A stretch of DNA of 63,507 nucleotides, the filler included, from Barthelona sp. PAP020 (Eukaryota), in NCBI GenBank assembly GCA_040182905.1. It is 19 parts of 19 records of this genome, joined end to end, with 100 filler letters (N's around TTAATTAATTAA, not from the genome) between each part and the next. Parts side by side here need not be neighbours in the genome. Positions count along the whole stretch, not along the records: positions 44,229 to 47,382 come from JARQWU010000759.1; positions 47,483 to 50,625 come from JARQWU010000760.1; positions 50,726 to 53,863 come from JARQWU010000761.1; positions 53,964 to 57,097 come from JARQWU010000762.1; 15 more parts are not named here. The stretch is one strand, 5' to 3'. Positions within the stretch are counted from its first letter, which is position 1. Each line of letters starts with the position of its first letter. The notes below the pieces were generated by a model, which made no database searches, was not told where the DNA came from, and saw only the letters and a list, made by a program, of their open reading frames with translations. The position numbers and the translations under genes were made by a program. Below, piece after piece: positions 44,708 through 55,490 of the stretch.

Positions 44708-45092
44708 AACGATCAAGTATGAAAAAATTGAAGTTTCAACATTAATTATATGAATAAAAAAAACAATTTATAAATTTACAAAATCAAACACAGAAAACTA
44801 ATTTCAGGAAATTTCAACCGATGGAATGAACAGCTGAAATTCAATTTTGAAGTTGGAACAAGAAAAAATAAGCATTTGCAACATATATTCCATTCCTACT
44901 TTCCACATCTCTGCAAAAGAAAAACCAAAAAGTTTAACCTTCAACAATGTAGATGCAAAAGGACTTACATCAACACAATCACCAAAGATTGCAAAAAGAA
45001 TAAAATGCCAATATGAACTGAAAAATGAGAAAATTGTGTGCGTTGCTTGATAGACTAGCAATGTAACAGTGTTTTACAGATGTATGGGTTTG

Positions 45093-47382
45093 TTACACAA
45101 ACAAAGTTTTGAACCAACTGTAATACGGTTTGAGAAGCTCTACAATTTGGGAATGACCTTTGGCTTTGGCAATATCAATTGGCGTTGATCCATTTGTGGT
45201 TTTGAGATTTACATTGGCGTCATGATCCAAGAGCATTTTGGCAACATCAAGATGACCATTTTCACAACTGGCGTACAATGGAGAAGCACCATAATTCATA
45301 CACAAATTAACATCAGCCCCATGATCTAAGAGCATTTTGGCAAGATCAAAATGACCTTTTCCACAACTAATGAACAATGGAGAACTACCATCAATAGGAC
45401 ACAAATTAACTTCAGCCCCATAATCCAAGAGCATTTTGGCAACATCAAGAGGACCTTTTCCACAACTCATGTATAATGGAGAAGCACCATAATTTATACA
45501 CAAATTAACATCAGCCCCATGATCCAAGAGCATTTCGGCAGCATCAAGATGACCTTCTTGACAACTAATATGTAATGGAGAATCACCATTCATATCACAC
45601 AAATTAACATCAGCCCCATGATCCAAGAGCATTTTGGCGACATCAAGATGACCTTTTTCACAACTGATGTACAATGGAGAATCACCATTCATATCACACA
45701 AATTAACATCACTCCCATGATCCAAGAGCATTTTGGCAACATCAAGATGACCAATTTCACAACTGATGTATAATGGAGAATATCCACCATTATTATTGCA
45801 TAAATTAACATCACTCCCATGATCCAAGAGTATTTGGACAACATCAAGATGACCATTTTGACAGCTAATGTATAATGGAGAATATCCACCATTATCACAC
45901 AAATTAACATCAACCCCATGATCCAAGAGCATTTTGGCAACATCAAGATGACCTTTTCCACAACTCATGTATAACGGAGAATATCCACCATTATCACACA
46001 AATTAACATCAGCCCCATGATCCAAAAGCATTTTGGCAACATCAAGATGACCCTTTTGACAGCTAATGTATAATGGAGAATATCCACCATTATCACACAA
46101 ATTAACATCAACCCCATGATCCAAGAGTATTTGGACAACATCAAGATGACCCTTTTGACAGCTAATGTATAATGGAGAATATCCACCATTATCACACAAA
46201 TTAACATCAACCCCATGATCCAAGAGCATTTTAGTAACATCAAGATGAGGTTTTTGACAACTGAAGAACAATGGAGAAAGTCCATGATTGTCACAGAGAT
46301 TAACATCAGCTCCATGATCCAAGAGGATTTTGACAACATCAAGATGACCATTTAGACAACTAATACGTAATGGAGAAAATCCACCATTATTATTGCATAA
46401 ATTGACATCAGCGCCATGATCCAAGAGCATTTCGGCAACATTAAAATGGCCATTGTGACAACTAATATGTAATGGAGACCACACATACTTACCACACAAA
46501 TTAACATCAGCCCCATGATCCAAGAGCATTTTGGCGACATCAAGATGACCTTTTCCACAACTGATGTACAATGGAGAAGCACCACCGTCCACACACAAAT
46601 TAACATTAGCCCCATGATCCAAGAGCATTTTCGCAACCTCAAGGTGACCATTATGACAACTGTTGTACAATGAAGAAGCACCGTAATTATTGCACAAATT
46701 AACATCAGTGCCATGATCCAAGAGCATTTCGGCAACATCAAGATGACCATTGTAACAACTAATATGTAATGGAGAAAGACCGTGATTATTGCACAAATTA
46801 ACATCAGCGCCATGATCCAAGAGCATTTTGGCAACATCAAAATGACCATTTTCACAACTGATGAACAATGGAGAGGCACCTTCATTCATACACAAACTAA
46901 CATCAGCCTCAAAATCCAACAAAAATTCAACAACCTTGATATGCCCATTTAAACAAGCTCCATACAGCGATGTCCTTCCTTCCTTTCCCTGTTTGTTCAC
47001 ATCCACACCAGCTTTGATACACTGCTTGACAACCTCAAGATTACCATCACATGCAGCCCAATAAATCTTCTTTGGGCGACCGTTATCTTCAAATCCATCC
47101 ACATCGAATCCATTTGGAACAAAAACTTGACCCATTTTATACTTATAGAGAGGGTCAGTGCGTTCAAATACCGTATCAATAAGCATCTTCAAGTAATCAG
47201 TAATTAACTCAAATGATGGACGCTTGGCTGGAACTACATCCAAACATAACCTTACAATACCATGTCCCACCACTGAATCAATAATCTCATCTGTATACGG
47301 CAATTTCCCTTTCAACACTTCCATATACGTTGTCCTATCATCGTTTCCATCGAAAGGAGGAACACCAGTCATTACATAAATC
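45093..47382 (-). CDS. Protein kinase (C-lobe visible) fused to 20 ankyrin repeats, 5'-truncated
   Basis: MTGVPPFDG...VRLCLDVVPAKRPSFE (subdomains IX-XI) then ankyrin array with C-terminal cap. Confidence 0.9.
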
Positions 47383-47500
47383 NNNNNNNNNNNNNNNNNN
47401 NNNNNNNNNNNNNNNNNNNNNNNNNNTTAATTAATTAANNNNNNNNNNNNNNNNNNNNNNNNNNNNNNNNNNNNNNNNNNNNGAATCAACAAAAAGCTTC

Positions 47501-48205
47501 TTAACTGCTATCAGTTGTGGTCGTTTCAGTTGCAGCTTCTTGTTGTTCAATAAGTTGATCAACCAATGCATTTTCAGGAATCATCTTATTCAAAAGATTC
47601 AAAACACGTGACATACCTTCAGTTGCTCCTCTGTTTTTAGCAACCATACGAATTGTATATTTTGAAGTGGAATCAGTTGAACGTGTTGATTTACCATAGG
47701 CAGAATATGAACCGGTCCAATTGGAATTGGATCTTCCATACCACCAACCACCATAACCACGATAGCTGCCACTGCTTGTGCTGGTGTATTTACTGGCAGA
47801 TGTGCAAGCAGTAGATGTCTTAACTTCAACAGAAAATTCAGTATTGACAGATTGAATTTGAAGATTTGGAACATGAACCAAGCACAATAATGGAACGGTA
47901 ATTGATTTGGTAACTTTAGACTTTCCATCAGTACCAACTTTAGACAAACCAAATGCAAAAGTGGTTGTTTTCAAAGGACCCATTGCTTTTACTTTGGTGG
48001 TTTCTTCTTCTTCAAGATCACCAAAATCAAGCAAATCTTGGTCTTCATCTTCAGCTTCTTCATCTTCAAGAGGATCACAAAGACCTCTAAGGAAAGCCAA
48101 AGTAGCTTCAGATAAAGCAGCTTGTGCCTTCAAAGCTTCTTTCAAAGGAGCAGTCATAAGATGACCAATATCAACACCACCCAATACTTTGTTCAAAGTT
48201 GCCAT
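47501..48205 (-). CDS. DUF2589-family protein (type with Ser/Thr-rich central segment)
   Basis: LMTAPLKEALKAQAALSEATLAFL, VPLLCLVHVPNLQI..V..EF.VEVK, TRSTDSTSKYTI, EGMSRVLNLL. Confidence 0.85.
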   Translation of the reverse strand: MATLNKVLGGVDIGHLMTAPLKEALKAQAALSEATLAFLRGLCDPLEDEEAEDEDQDLLDFGDLEEEETTKVKAMGPLKTTTFAFGLSKVGTDGKSKVTKSITVPLLCLVHVPNLQIQSVNTEFSVEVKTSTACTSASKYTSTSSGSYRGYGGWWYGRSNSNWTGSYSAYGKSTRSTDSTSKYTIRMVAKNRGATEGMSRVLNLLNKMIPENALVDQLIEQQEAATETTTTDSS

Positions 48206-48515
48206 GTTATCGAAAAAAAAAAAGACTTGCAAAAAAATGAAAATTTATTTCCAACTACAAAACAAGCTCTTGACCTTTTAGATATGTTTGTTGTTTGTAT
48301 TGTTGAAATATCAAATAAACAACAATGATATTTAAGTAATTTTTTTAATTTTTTATTTTTATTGACAATTGAAGTTTATTAAAATGTAAAGAAAAAATAT
48401 ATTTATCACGATAATTTGCCCCAAGAAAGTGCATTTGACAATAGTTTTGAGAAATGGCAAACAAATTAATTTTTTTGTTATTCAACACACGTTTTGTCAT
48501 TAAAATATTGCGCAA

Positions 48516-50625
48516 ATGGCAAGAAGAAATGGAATCGAGCGAAAAACGAGACAACGTGTGTCTAGATTTGCTGTTTTAACAAAATATAGCATATTTACGC
48601 CCTTTATTGTTGTATTAACAATAAGAAATATTGTATCTATTGTCAATTATACTCAATTAGGAGGAGAAATAGTTGCATCAGTAAGAGTCGAAGATAATTT
48701 ATTGAAGTTCTCTTTGATATATTTTATTATCAGTTCATTTTTGTTCAATGTTATATCTTATATCTTATTTTTAGTGTTGAGAAATCAAACTTATGCATAC
48801 AATTCATATCGATTTGATGAATTAAAAACGGAATTGTTGACTTATTTAATTGGAAGAATTAGAGTAAACGATTGGAATCCTGGACATCAAATGTTTGAGA
48901 AGAAATTTCTATTGAGTGAAAATATGTTGTATAACCGCATTCAAATGTTTTCAAATGATTGTAATTTGAGAGTTGAATTGGAGTATTTCAAAAAATTATT
49001 GGTTCAAATACCAAATGATACACCTGTTGAAGATATGAAATCATTGTTAAAGGATATTAAAAGATATCATAAGAAGATAAGTAATTCTATGGTTTTTGGG
49101 CAAAAAATATTGAACTTTATGAAATATGTGCATAGATTGAGTTTTTTTACATTTTTTGCTTTTGATTTGATTGCTTTGTTTACTTTGATTTTGGGTGGTA
49201 ATATTAAGGTGATAGGTTATTTAGTTTTACTTATTTTTATCACATTGGTTTACCAAAGTATCGCAATATTCCATTATTTCACTAGAACAGTAGAAATTCA
49301 GGAACCAACTCTTAGTCCCATCTATTCCACATTTTATCCGTCGGAAGAACAATTAAAGTTGTTACCTGCTTTGGGTAAAGCTAATGGTTTATGTGGTGTG
49401 TATTATTTCAATAATTTATTGCCAGAATTAATGGTTTATAATTTCATTCAGAGAAAACGAGTATTGGAATGGATTTTAACAATAGTTGGTGGTGTTTTCT
49501 TCGTAGTTAGTCTTTTGCCTTTGATTTTTAATTTGATTCTTTTTGAAGATGTTTTTGCTATTTTGGGTGTTGGTTTGATATTTGTTGGTGCTTTTGCCTT
49601 TATTATTTCAGGATTTTCTTTATTTATTACTGAAATACATCATATTTATTTTATTAGTGGTTTGTTATCTTTGTTATGTAATGTTGGTGGTTGTGTATTA
49701 TTAATATTGAAAAAATTGCCAAGTTCTATAAAACCTGAACCTTCGGGCTTATACACCATATACATATATTTAATTATTCTATTTACTTTGGCACAAATAT
49801 TAAGTATCACTTTTTCCTTTTTTGTCTCCAAAAAATTTTTATTTGTGAAATTAAATTTTTCAAGACGCGTGGCAGAAATGAGATTAACAGCTGAAATAGC
49901 CTCTTTGGATAAGGAAAATCAAACCTTAAAAGTATATCCTGGATATCGCTTAAAGAAACATATGGACGATCGTTTAAATCAATTTTCAAAATATGAAGAG
50001 TTGAATGAGTTCATTGATAAAGATTTGATGGAAAAAGAAACTGAGCAAGAAGTCAATTACCTTCAGCCATTTTTGGCGGGAATCTATGACGGAATTTTAA
50101 AATCTCAACAAAATGCTCAACAATCAACGGTAAAGCATATCACAAGTCTGTTTGACAAAGTAGATTCTTCATCTTCAGAAAGCGCTTCAGGAATCAATAT
50201 TAAAAAAAAACCAATAATTTTACCAAATGGTAAACTTGTTTATGATGATGTTAATCAATATGTTGCCAAAAATCTAACAGTTTTACATCGTTATCAAGGG
50301 CAAAAGGAAGATGAACACGGTATTATGAGAAGCCAACAACAAATTGATTATTTCAGTGTTCCTCTATTGTCACTTTTACAGAACAACAGTGTTTCTGTGG
50401 ATGAAATTGATGTTGATGTTCGTTTAAAAATAAGTGATGCCAGTTTATGTGGTTTACCCGATGGCAGTCAAGTTTATGCGGTTGGTATTGATTTTGACAA
50501 TGATTTACAATCAACTGGCAAAGACAACAGAACAACCAATATTAAAATGAAGTTTAAGTGTCAAGACCCCACAGAGGCTGTGGCCAGATTGGAAAACAGT
50601 TTCTTTAAGTCATTAAAGACAGAAT
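48516..50625 (+). CDS. Multipass membrane protein with C-terminal DUF2589-like domain (~50050-50620), 3'-truncated
   Basis: About 9 hydrophobic segments, then FLAGIYDGILKSQQ...SVPLLSLLQNNSVSVDEIDVDV...IKMKFKCQDPTEAVARL. Confidence 0.75.
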
Positions 50626-50822
50626 NNNNNNNNNNNNNNNNNNNNNNNNNNNNNNNNNNNNNNNNNNNNTTAATTAATTAANNNNNNNNNNNNNNNNNNN
50701 NNNNNNNNNNNNNNNNNNNNNNNNNTTATATTTACTAACTGGGGTTGGGGAAATTACTCCATGGTATCTTTGCTGTTTTGGTCAACCGATTCAGAATTCT
50801 TTGAGTCTGGAAAAAAAAAAAA

Positions 50823-51429
50823 AAACTCATAATTGTAAAGTGGTGCCGTCCTTTAGAAAATAAAATTCTTGTTGTTTTGATCACCTCTTTTCCAGATTTA
50901 AAATTTTTTTTCTTGTGGGATTATTAGTTTTATATGCAGGAGTATTTTGGTTAGTTCTTCCTTTGCGTGTTCTTTCGATGAAATTTTTGTTGTTGCCAAA
51001 TTAATTTCAAGGATTAAGGATTCACATGACAAAAATAATAAATACCTAAAAATAACTTTATTGTTCTCGATTAGAGTTTGGGGGTACTTGTAATTGAGTC
51101 GTTTTGCGTGGATAGTTTAGAACACTTTTTTGAGCTGGCACAGCGAAATTTTCAATATCCAACTCGTGCAGATTTCAATACTTCTACGGAAAGAAAGTAA
51201 CAGTTTACACCAGAGCTCCATCAAAGTGGAAGGGAAATTTGGCAAGTCATGAAGAAAGAATTTTTGGCAACAACAAAAATTTCATTGAAAGAGGACGCAA
51301 AGGAAGAACTAACCCAAAATACTCCTGTACATAAAGCTAATAATCAAATTTTAAACTGGAAAAGAGGAGATCAAAACAAAAAAAAATTTATTTATCCAAA
51401 GGACAGCACCTCTTAACAATTATGAGTTT
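50823..51429. repeat. Inverted repeat pair 50823-51000 / 51263-51429
   Basis: ~170-bp arms align as reverse complements; right arm contains the ATG of the gag-like ORF. Confidence 0.9.
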
Positions 51430-52135
51430 AGAAGAGATCTCCGGTCGAATCGAGAAATTAGAAGAGCTGTTTATGAATGCTCTCTCTAATAAAAAAATTC
51501 AACAAGATGAAAACAACGATGATGATGATGATAATGAGGATGTCACAACTTCACTCAAGAAGTTGGTTCGACATCAAAAATGGATGAAGGAAATTTTTGG
51601 TTGGGTTCAATTTAGAAAACCCGACCGAAATTTCGATGAGGGGAAATTTCTCTTCAAAAAAGCTAACATTTATATTCCTGTTATGCTTTTTATTGGCGAT
51701 TTTCTAAAAGCAGCCAATATTGAAGGAATAGATATGAAGGAAATCATCCCAATACTTTTGGAGACAACAAAGGAGTTTGAAACACTCGAAATGTGGAACG
51801 ACGAATTGAAAACATTCGCTCGTGATTTGAGAAAGGATCATGGAGTTACGGTGCCATATCCAGCAATCAATCATAAAAAAGACTCCGTTTATTTTTTTCG
51901 GCCCTCTGGAGAGAGGACAATTCAAAAAATATTGAAAGAAAACACTCGTCTTTGCCGGGAAAAGAACGAAATAAAAAGATTGAGAAGAGCTTTCACCAGA
52001 GATTGGAAAGCTCAAAAGAAGAAGAAAGAAAAAGAGAAAGAGAACCAAGTAACTCAACTATTGTTGGCAAAAACAAAAGAAAAGATTCAAATGGTTGATG
52101 ATGTCAAAAGCCTGATACACTCTGGAGTGAAATAG
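51422..52135 (+). CDS. gag-like ORF1 of retroelement
   Basis: N-terminal coiled coil, basic C-terminus, overlaps RT frame; identity inferred from position. Confidence 0.5.
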   Translation: MSLEEISGRIEKLEELFMNALSNKKIQQDENNDDDDDNEDVTTSLKKLVRHQKWMKEIFGWVQFRKPDRNFDEGKFLFKKANIYIPVMLFIGDFLKAANIEGIDMKEIIPILLETTKEFETLEMWNDELKTFARDLRKDHGVTVPYPAINHKKDSVYFFRPSGERTIQKILKENTRLCREKNEIKRLRRAFTRDWKAQKKKKEKEKENQVTQLLLAKTKEKIQMVDDVKSLIHSGVK

Positions 52136-52548
52136 CCAAAGCAAAAGGAGAATGGAATCCTAAAGGCTTTAGAAATTTGGCTCAGCAATTGAAGTACAAC
52201 AAAAAAGAAATAAAGTTGTTAGAGAAGGCGGTTAATGGTGCACCAACCCTGTTAGATGAAACAGGTATAGAAAAAAGTGTCAAGAATTGGGCTGGAGAAA
52301 AAACAGAAGAAGTTCTCCAGCAATGGATAAAGGAAGGCATTCTAAAACCTTTTAAAGGAGAAAAAAAGAGAGAAGCGGGACTGGGTGCTGTGCTAAAGAA
52401 AGACGGAACTGTTAGACCCATCATAGATACAACTCCTCTTAATGCAGTTTCAGAAATTTGGCCACATGAAATCAACGTGGGTAGATACTTTCCTCTTATT
52501 CCAAAATACGCAGCGGTTATTGATATTGAGAGATCAAATGCGCTTTGA
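52102..52548 (+). pseudogene. Truncated reverse transcriptase (DIRS-like)
   Basis: Frame open from 52102, -1 relative to ORF1; EVLQQWIKEGILKP, KKDGTVRPIID, AAVIDIE; stops before YxDD. Confidence 0.75.
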
Positions 52549-53473
52549 AAAGAACAAGCGATTTCAGGAGAAAGAAAACAGACTTCAACCCAAAAACGTA
52601 AAAAAGTCTGACTTTTATCTTTCAATCATAAAAAAACAGTCGCTCCGATTAAGGTTCTTGAAGACCTCAAAACAGAAGCAAAAAGTGTTGATGTTACAGA
52701 GGACAGTATTAAAAGAGAACTCAAACGACTCAAAGGAGTTCAAGAATAATACATTTTTCTTGACGGAAACAACTAAAAAAGAATAAAAAATGTATCATCA
52801 CTCGAAATTAATGTTATTTTGTGCTGTAGTTTCAATTAAATTCTTCCTTAACATGAACAAAAAATAATAATTCAATCAATAATGAAAAACTTATGTTAAT
52901 AAATAAACAAATATCAAATAACGATAAAAAAACATTGACATTAATGAATTGAAGGTAAGGAAGTTAAAAAATAACTTCAAAGAAAAAAACATATCGAATT
53001 TTTCCTATTTTTTTTTTCTTCCACATAAAATCCGTAGTTTTTTTTAATAAAAGAAATAGATTTGTCAAAATAAAGTTGAACAAAAGCCACATCAAAACGA
53101 AATCCACTTTTTCAGTTAATTCTTCTGTTAATTGAATGAAATCATTCTGTTTTGTTCTTAAAAGTTGATGCTTTTTAATTTAGAAATAAAATATATATAT
53201 TTGGAATAATTTAAATTATTTTTTACCAATTCAAAAATGGACCACAAAGATCTCCATCAAAAACAAGAAAAAACTAATGTATTTACAAACACCATAACGA
53301 ATCAGTTATTTTTATTGCTGAAAACTTGAAAGTTCATTCCATTAAAAAAATTCCAGCAAAAAAGTGAAAATGACAAATAAATCACACCATGGTTTTAAAA
53401 GTTTAATAAATACAGTATAACTTTTGAATTGCGCAATATCTTTGGGTGAATAAGGTCCACTTTTTGAAAACAC

Positions 53474-53697
53474 GTCAACTCCATGGTCCAAAAACATTCA
53501 AACAATTTCAAGATGGCCATTTTGACAACTAAGATACAAAAGAGAAGCAAAATCGTTCTCACACTAATCAATTTCAGTTCTGATCGAAAAGATTTTTCAC
53601 AACATCAACAGAATCTTTTACACAACAGTGTATAGTATGGAAGAACCATCCTTCCCACAAAAATCAACATCAACCCCATGATTCAAGAGCATCTTCA
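53474..53697 (-). pseudogene. Decayed ankyrin-repeat relic of the same family
   Basis: AATCAACATCAACCCCATGATTCAAGAGCAT and AAGATGGCCATTTTGACAACT match the 99-bp ankyrin unit, with indels. Confidence 0.65.
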
Positions 53698-54346
53698 AAA
53701 CACTTGGCATATTTGGGAAAAAAAAGATATTGACATTTATGCTTGAAAAAAAAACATCGGACAACTTTAGTGCATGTATTCAAAGGAAGATTCAAAGATG
53801 TCAGCAAGAATTTCATCATTGATTTCTAAGGGGCTCAAAGCCAACAAACCATCCATACCGGGTNNNNNNNNNNNNNNNNNNNNNNNNNNNNNNNNNNNNN
53901 NNNNNNNTTAATTAATTAANNNNNNNNNNNNNNNNNNNNNNNNNNNNNNNNNNNNNNNNNNNNTTCTGATGCTGGTGCTGAAAATGAAGATGATTATGCT
54001 GATTACTAAGCTGTAATGAATAAATATTCTTTTCAACCCTCTTTTTTTTAAAGTCGTTTTTGGATTTAACAAAAAAAATCTTTTTAAAATAGATTTATCC
54101 CCTCCTGTTTCTTTGTGTTTTCACCAAATATGCAGAACAAAAAAAAAAGTGTACCTTTCAATTTACGTGAGATGCTCAAAAGGTGGAAAACCAAATATTG
54201 CTCAAAAAAAAAATGCTCTTGTAGAAGAAACAAAGCCAAAATAAGGTTGTCAAAAACAAATATTTTTGCTTTGAAATCTGGAGAATTTGAATGTGCGTTC
54301 AAATTTTAAAAATAACCAAAAATGAAGTTGAAACGAGAGAATTAAC

Positions 54347-54859
54347 TCACTTTTTTAATTTGGAGAACATAACATTTCTGTATTCCCCTCCATTTTCAGC
54401 CAATAGTACTGTTAATTGTTCTATTTCAACAAGTGAAGAACCTTTATACCATTGATTTGCGATTCTATTGAGTGGGTCATTCCAATTTGGACATGACAAC
54501 AACACAATCAAGGCGTATACAATATTTTCAAGCGTAATTGCAGGAGTATAATTTTCACGAATTATATTTAAACAAACATAACCCTCAAAATCAATGTTTG
54601 GATGAAGAAAAATATCATTGCAGCGAATTTTTGGAGGTTTTATGGGATAATTGTCATCAATAAAAAAAGTGAAACTAATTGAATATCCACAAAGAATTCC
54701 ATTTAATGGAATAATTGATATGGTTATGTTGGTATCAGAGTTGATGACAAGTGAGCAATTCGAAGGCATCTCTAATTTTTGCAAATCACGTTTTAATCGA
54801 ACTATACTTGGGTTTCTAGGCTTGCAATTGATCAAATCATTCGAACGCTGAAAATTCAT
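54347..54859 (-). CDS. UBC12: NEDD8-conjugating E2
   Basis: RLKRDLQKLEMP, YPIKPPKI, HPNIDFEGYVCLNIIRE, PNWNDPLN. Confidence 0.85.
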   Translation of the reverse strand: MNFQRSNDLINCKPRNPSIVRLKRDLQKLEMPSNCSLVINSDTNITISIIPLNGILCGYSISFTFFIDDNYPIKPPKIRCNDIFLHPNIDFEGYVCLNIIRENYTPAITLENIVYALIVLLSCPNWNDPLNRIANQWYKGSSLVEIEQLTVLLAENGGEYRNVMFSKLKK

Positions 54860-54962
54860 TAAAAAAAAAAATTGATGATTCTTCAATTTGTTGAAATATT
54901 GTTGAAAGATGTACAATATTTTGTTTATGTAATTGAATATTTATAAATTTATAATATACACA

Positions 54963-55421
54963 TCAAATTAAATTCTCTTTTAAGAAAAGAGCTTCTTCTT
55001 TTAAATGTTGCCTGTCATGTTCAGGAATATCAGAAGTTAGATTAAAAATAGTCATGATTTCATCATCGGATGATTCCATTAAGATATCGGCAATATTGTG
55101 ACATAACATTTCATATAAACTGTTTATTTTTAATGTTTTTGAAGCAACTAGAGTTGCTAATAATATTGGAATTGTCTGAAATTTGGTTTGAATAAAAGAT
55201 AAATATTTATTGATTCTATCTTCGGGATTTTGGGATTCTAACTGATATGATAGATCTAAAAATGAAACAATAATTTCCATTACATTAGAATTACAGGCTA
55301 TTTGGAAAGTAGAATTTTGAAAATAATCGTTTTCATTGAATAACTCACAATATTTCAAATGATCGGCAGGAACTTTGTATTGTTTTCCTTCTATGCAAAT
55401 AAAAGTAATAGAATCGTTCAT
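54963..55421 (-). CDS. SKP1: SKP1-like protein
   Basis: ITFICIEGKQYKV...ASKTLKINSLYEMLCHNIADIL..S.DEI..IFNL..D. Confidence 0.75.
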   Translation of the reverse strand: MNDSITFICIEGKQYKVPADHLKYCELFNENDYFQNSTFQIACNSNVMEIIVSFLDLSYQLESQNPEDRINKYLSFIQTKFQTIPILLATLVASKTLKINSLYEMLCHNIADILMESSDDEIMTIFNLTSDIPEHDRQHLKEEALFLKENLI

Positions 55422-55490
55422 TTTTTCATAACAAATCGAAGGATGTTAATTGGAAACAAATAATTTTTTTCAATTTTTATTGAATGTTAG

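Larger units (their letters stand above)
50726..52548 (+). mobile_element. Degenerate DIRS-like (tyrosine-recombinase class) retrotransposon: terminal repeat, inverted repeat, gag-like ORF, truncated RT
   Basis: RT motifs LKKDGTVRPIIDTTPLN and YAAVIDIE directly after a gag-like ORF, with no protease. Confidence 0.65.

Noticed and set aside
41194..46885. Repetitive ORFs such as MVILMLPKCSWIM and MIQEHFGNIKMT
   Set aside because: Alternative-frame and antisense shadows of the ankyrin repeats
45200..46900. Regular 99-bp repeats with variable segments resembling a CRISPR array
   Set aside because: In-frame ankyrin coding repeats; no cas genes; eukaryotic context
52102..52135. Programmed -1 frameshift between gag and RT
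   Set aside because: Frames overlap but no X XXY YYZ slippery heptamer is visible
53964..54009. SDAGAENEDDYADY* as an alpha-tubulin tail
   Set aside because: Only 14 codons; too short to assign
54347..55421. UBC12 next to SKP1-like as a functional SCF cluster
   Set aside because: A single adjacency in a gene-dense genome can be chance
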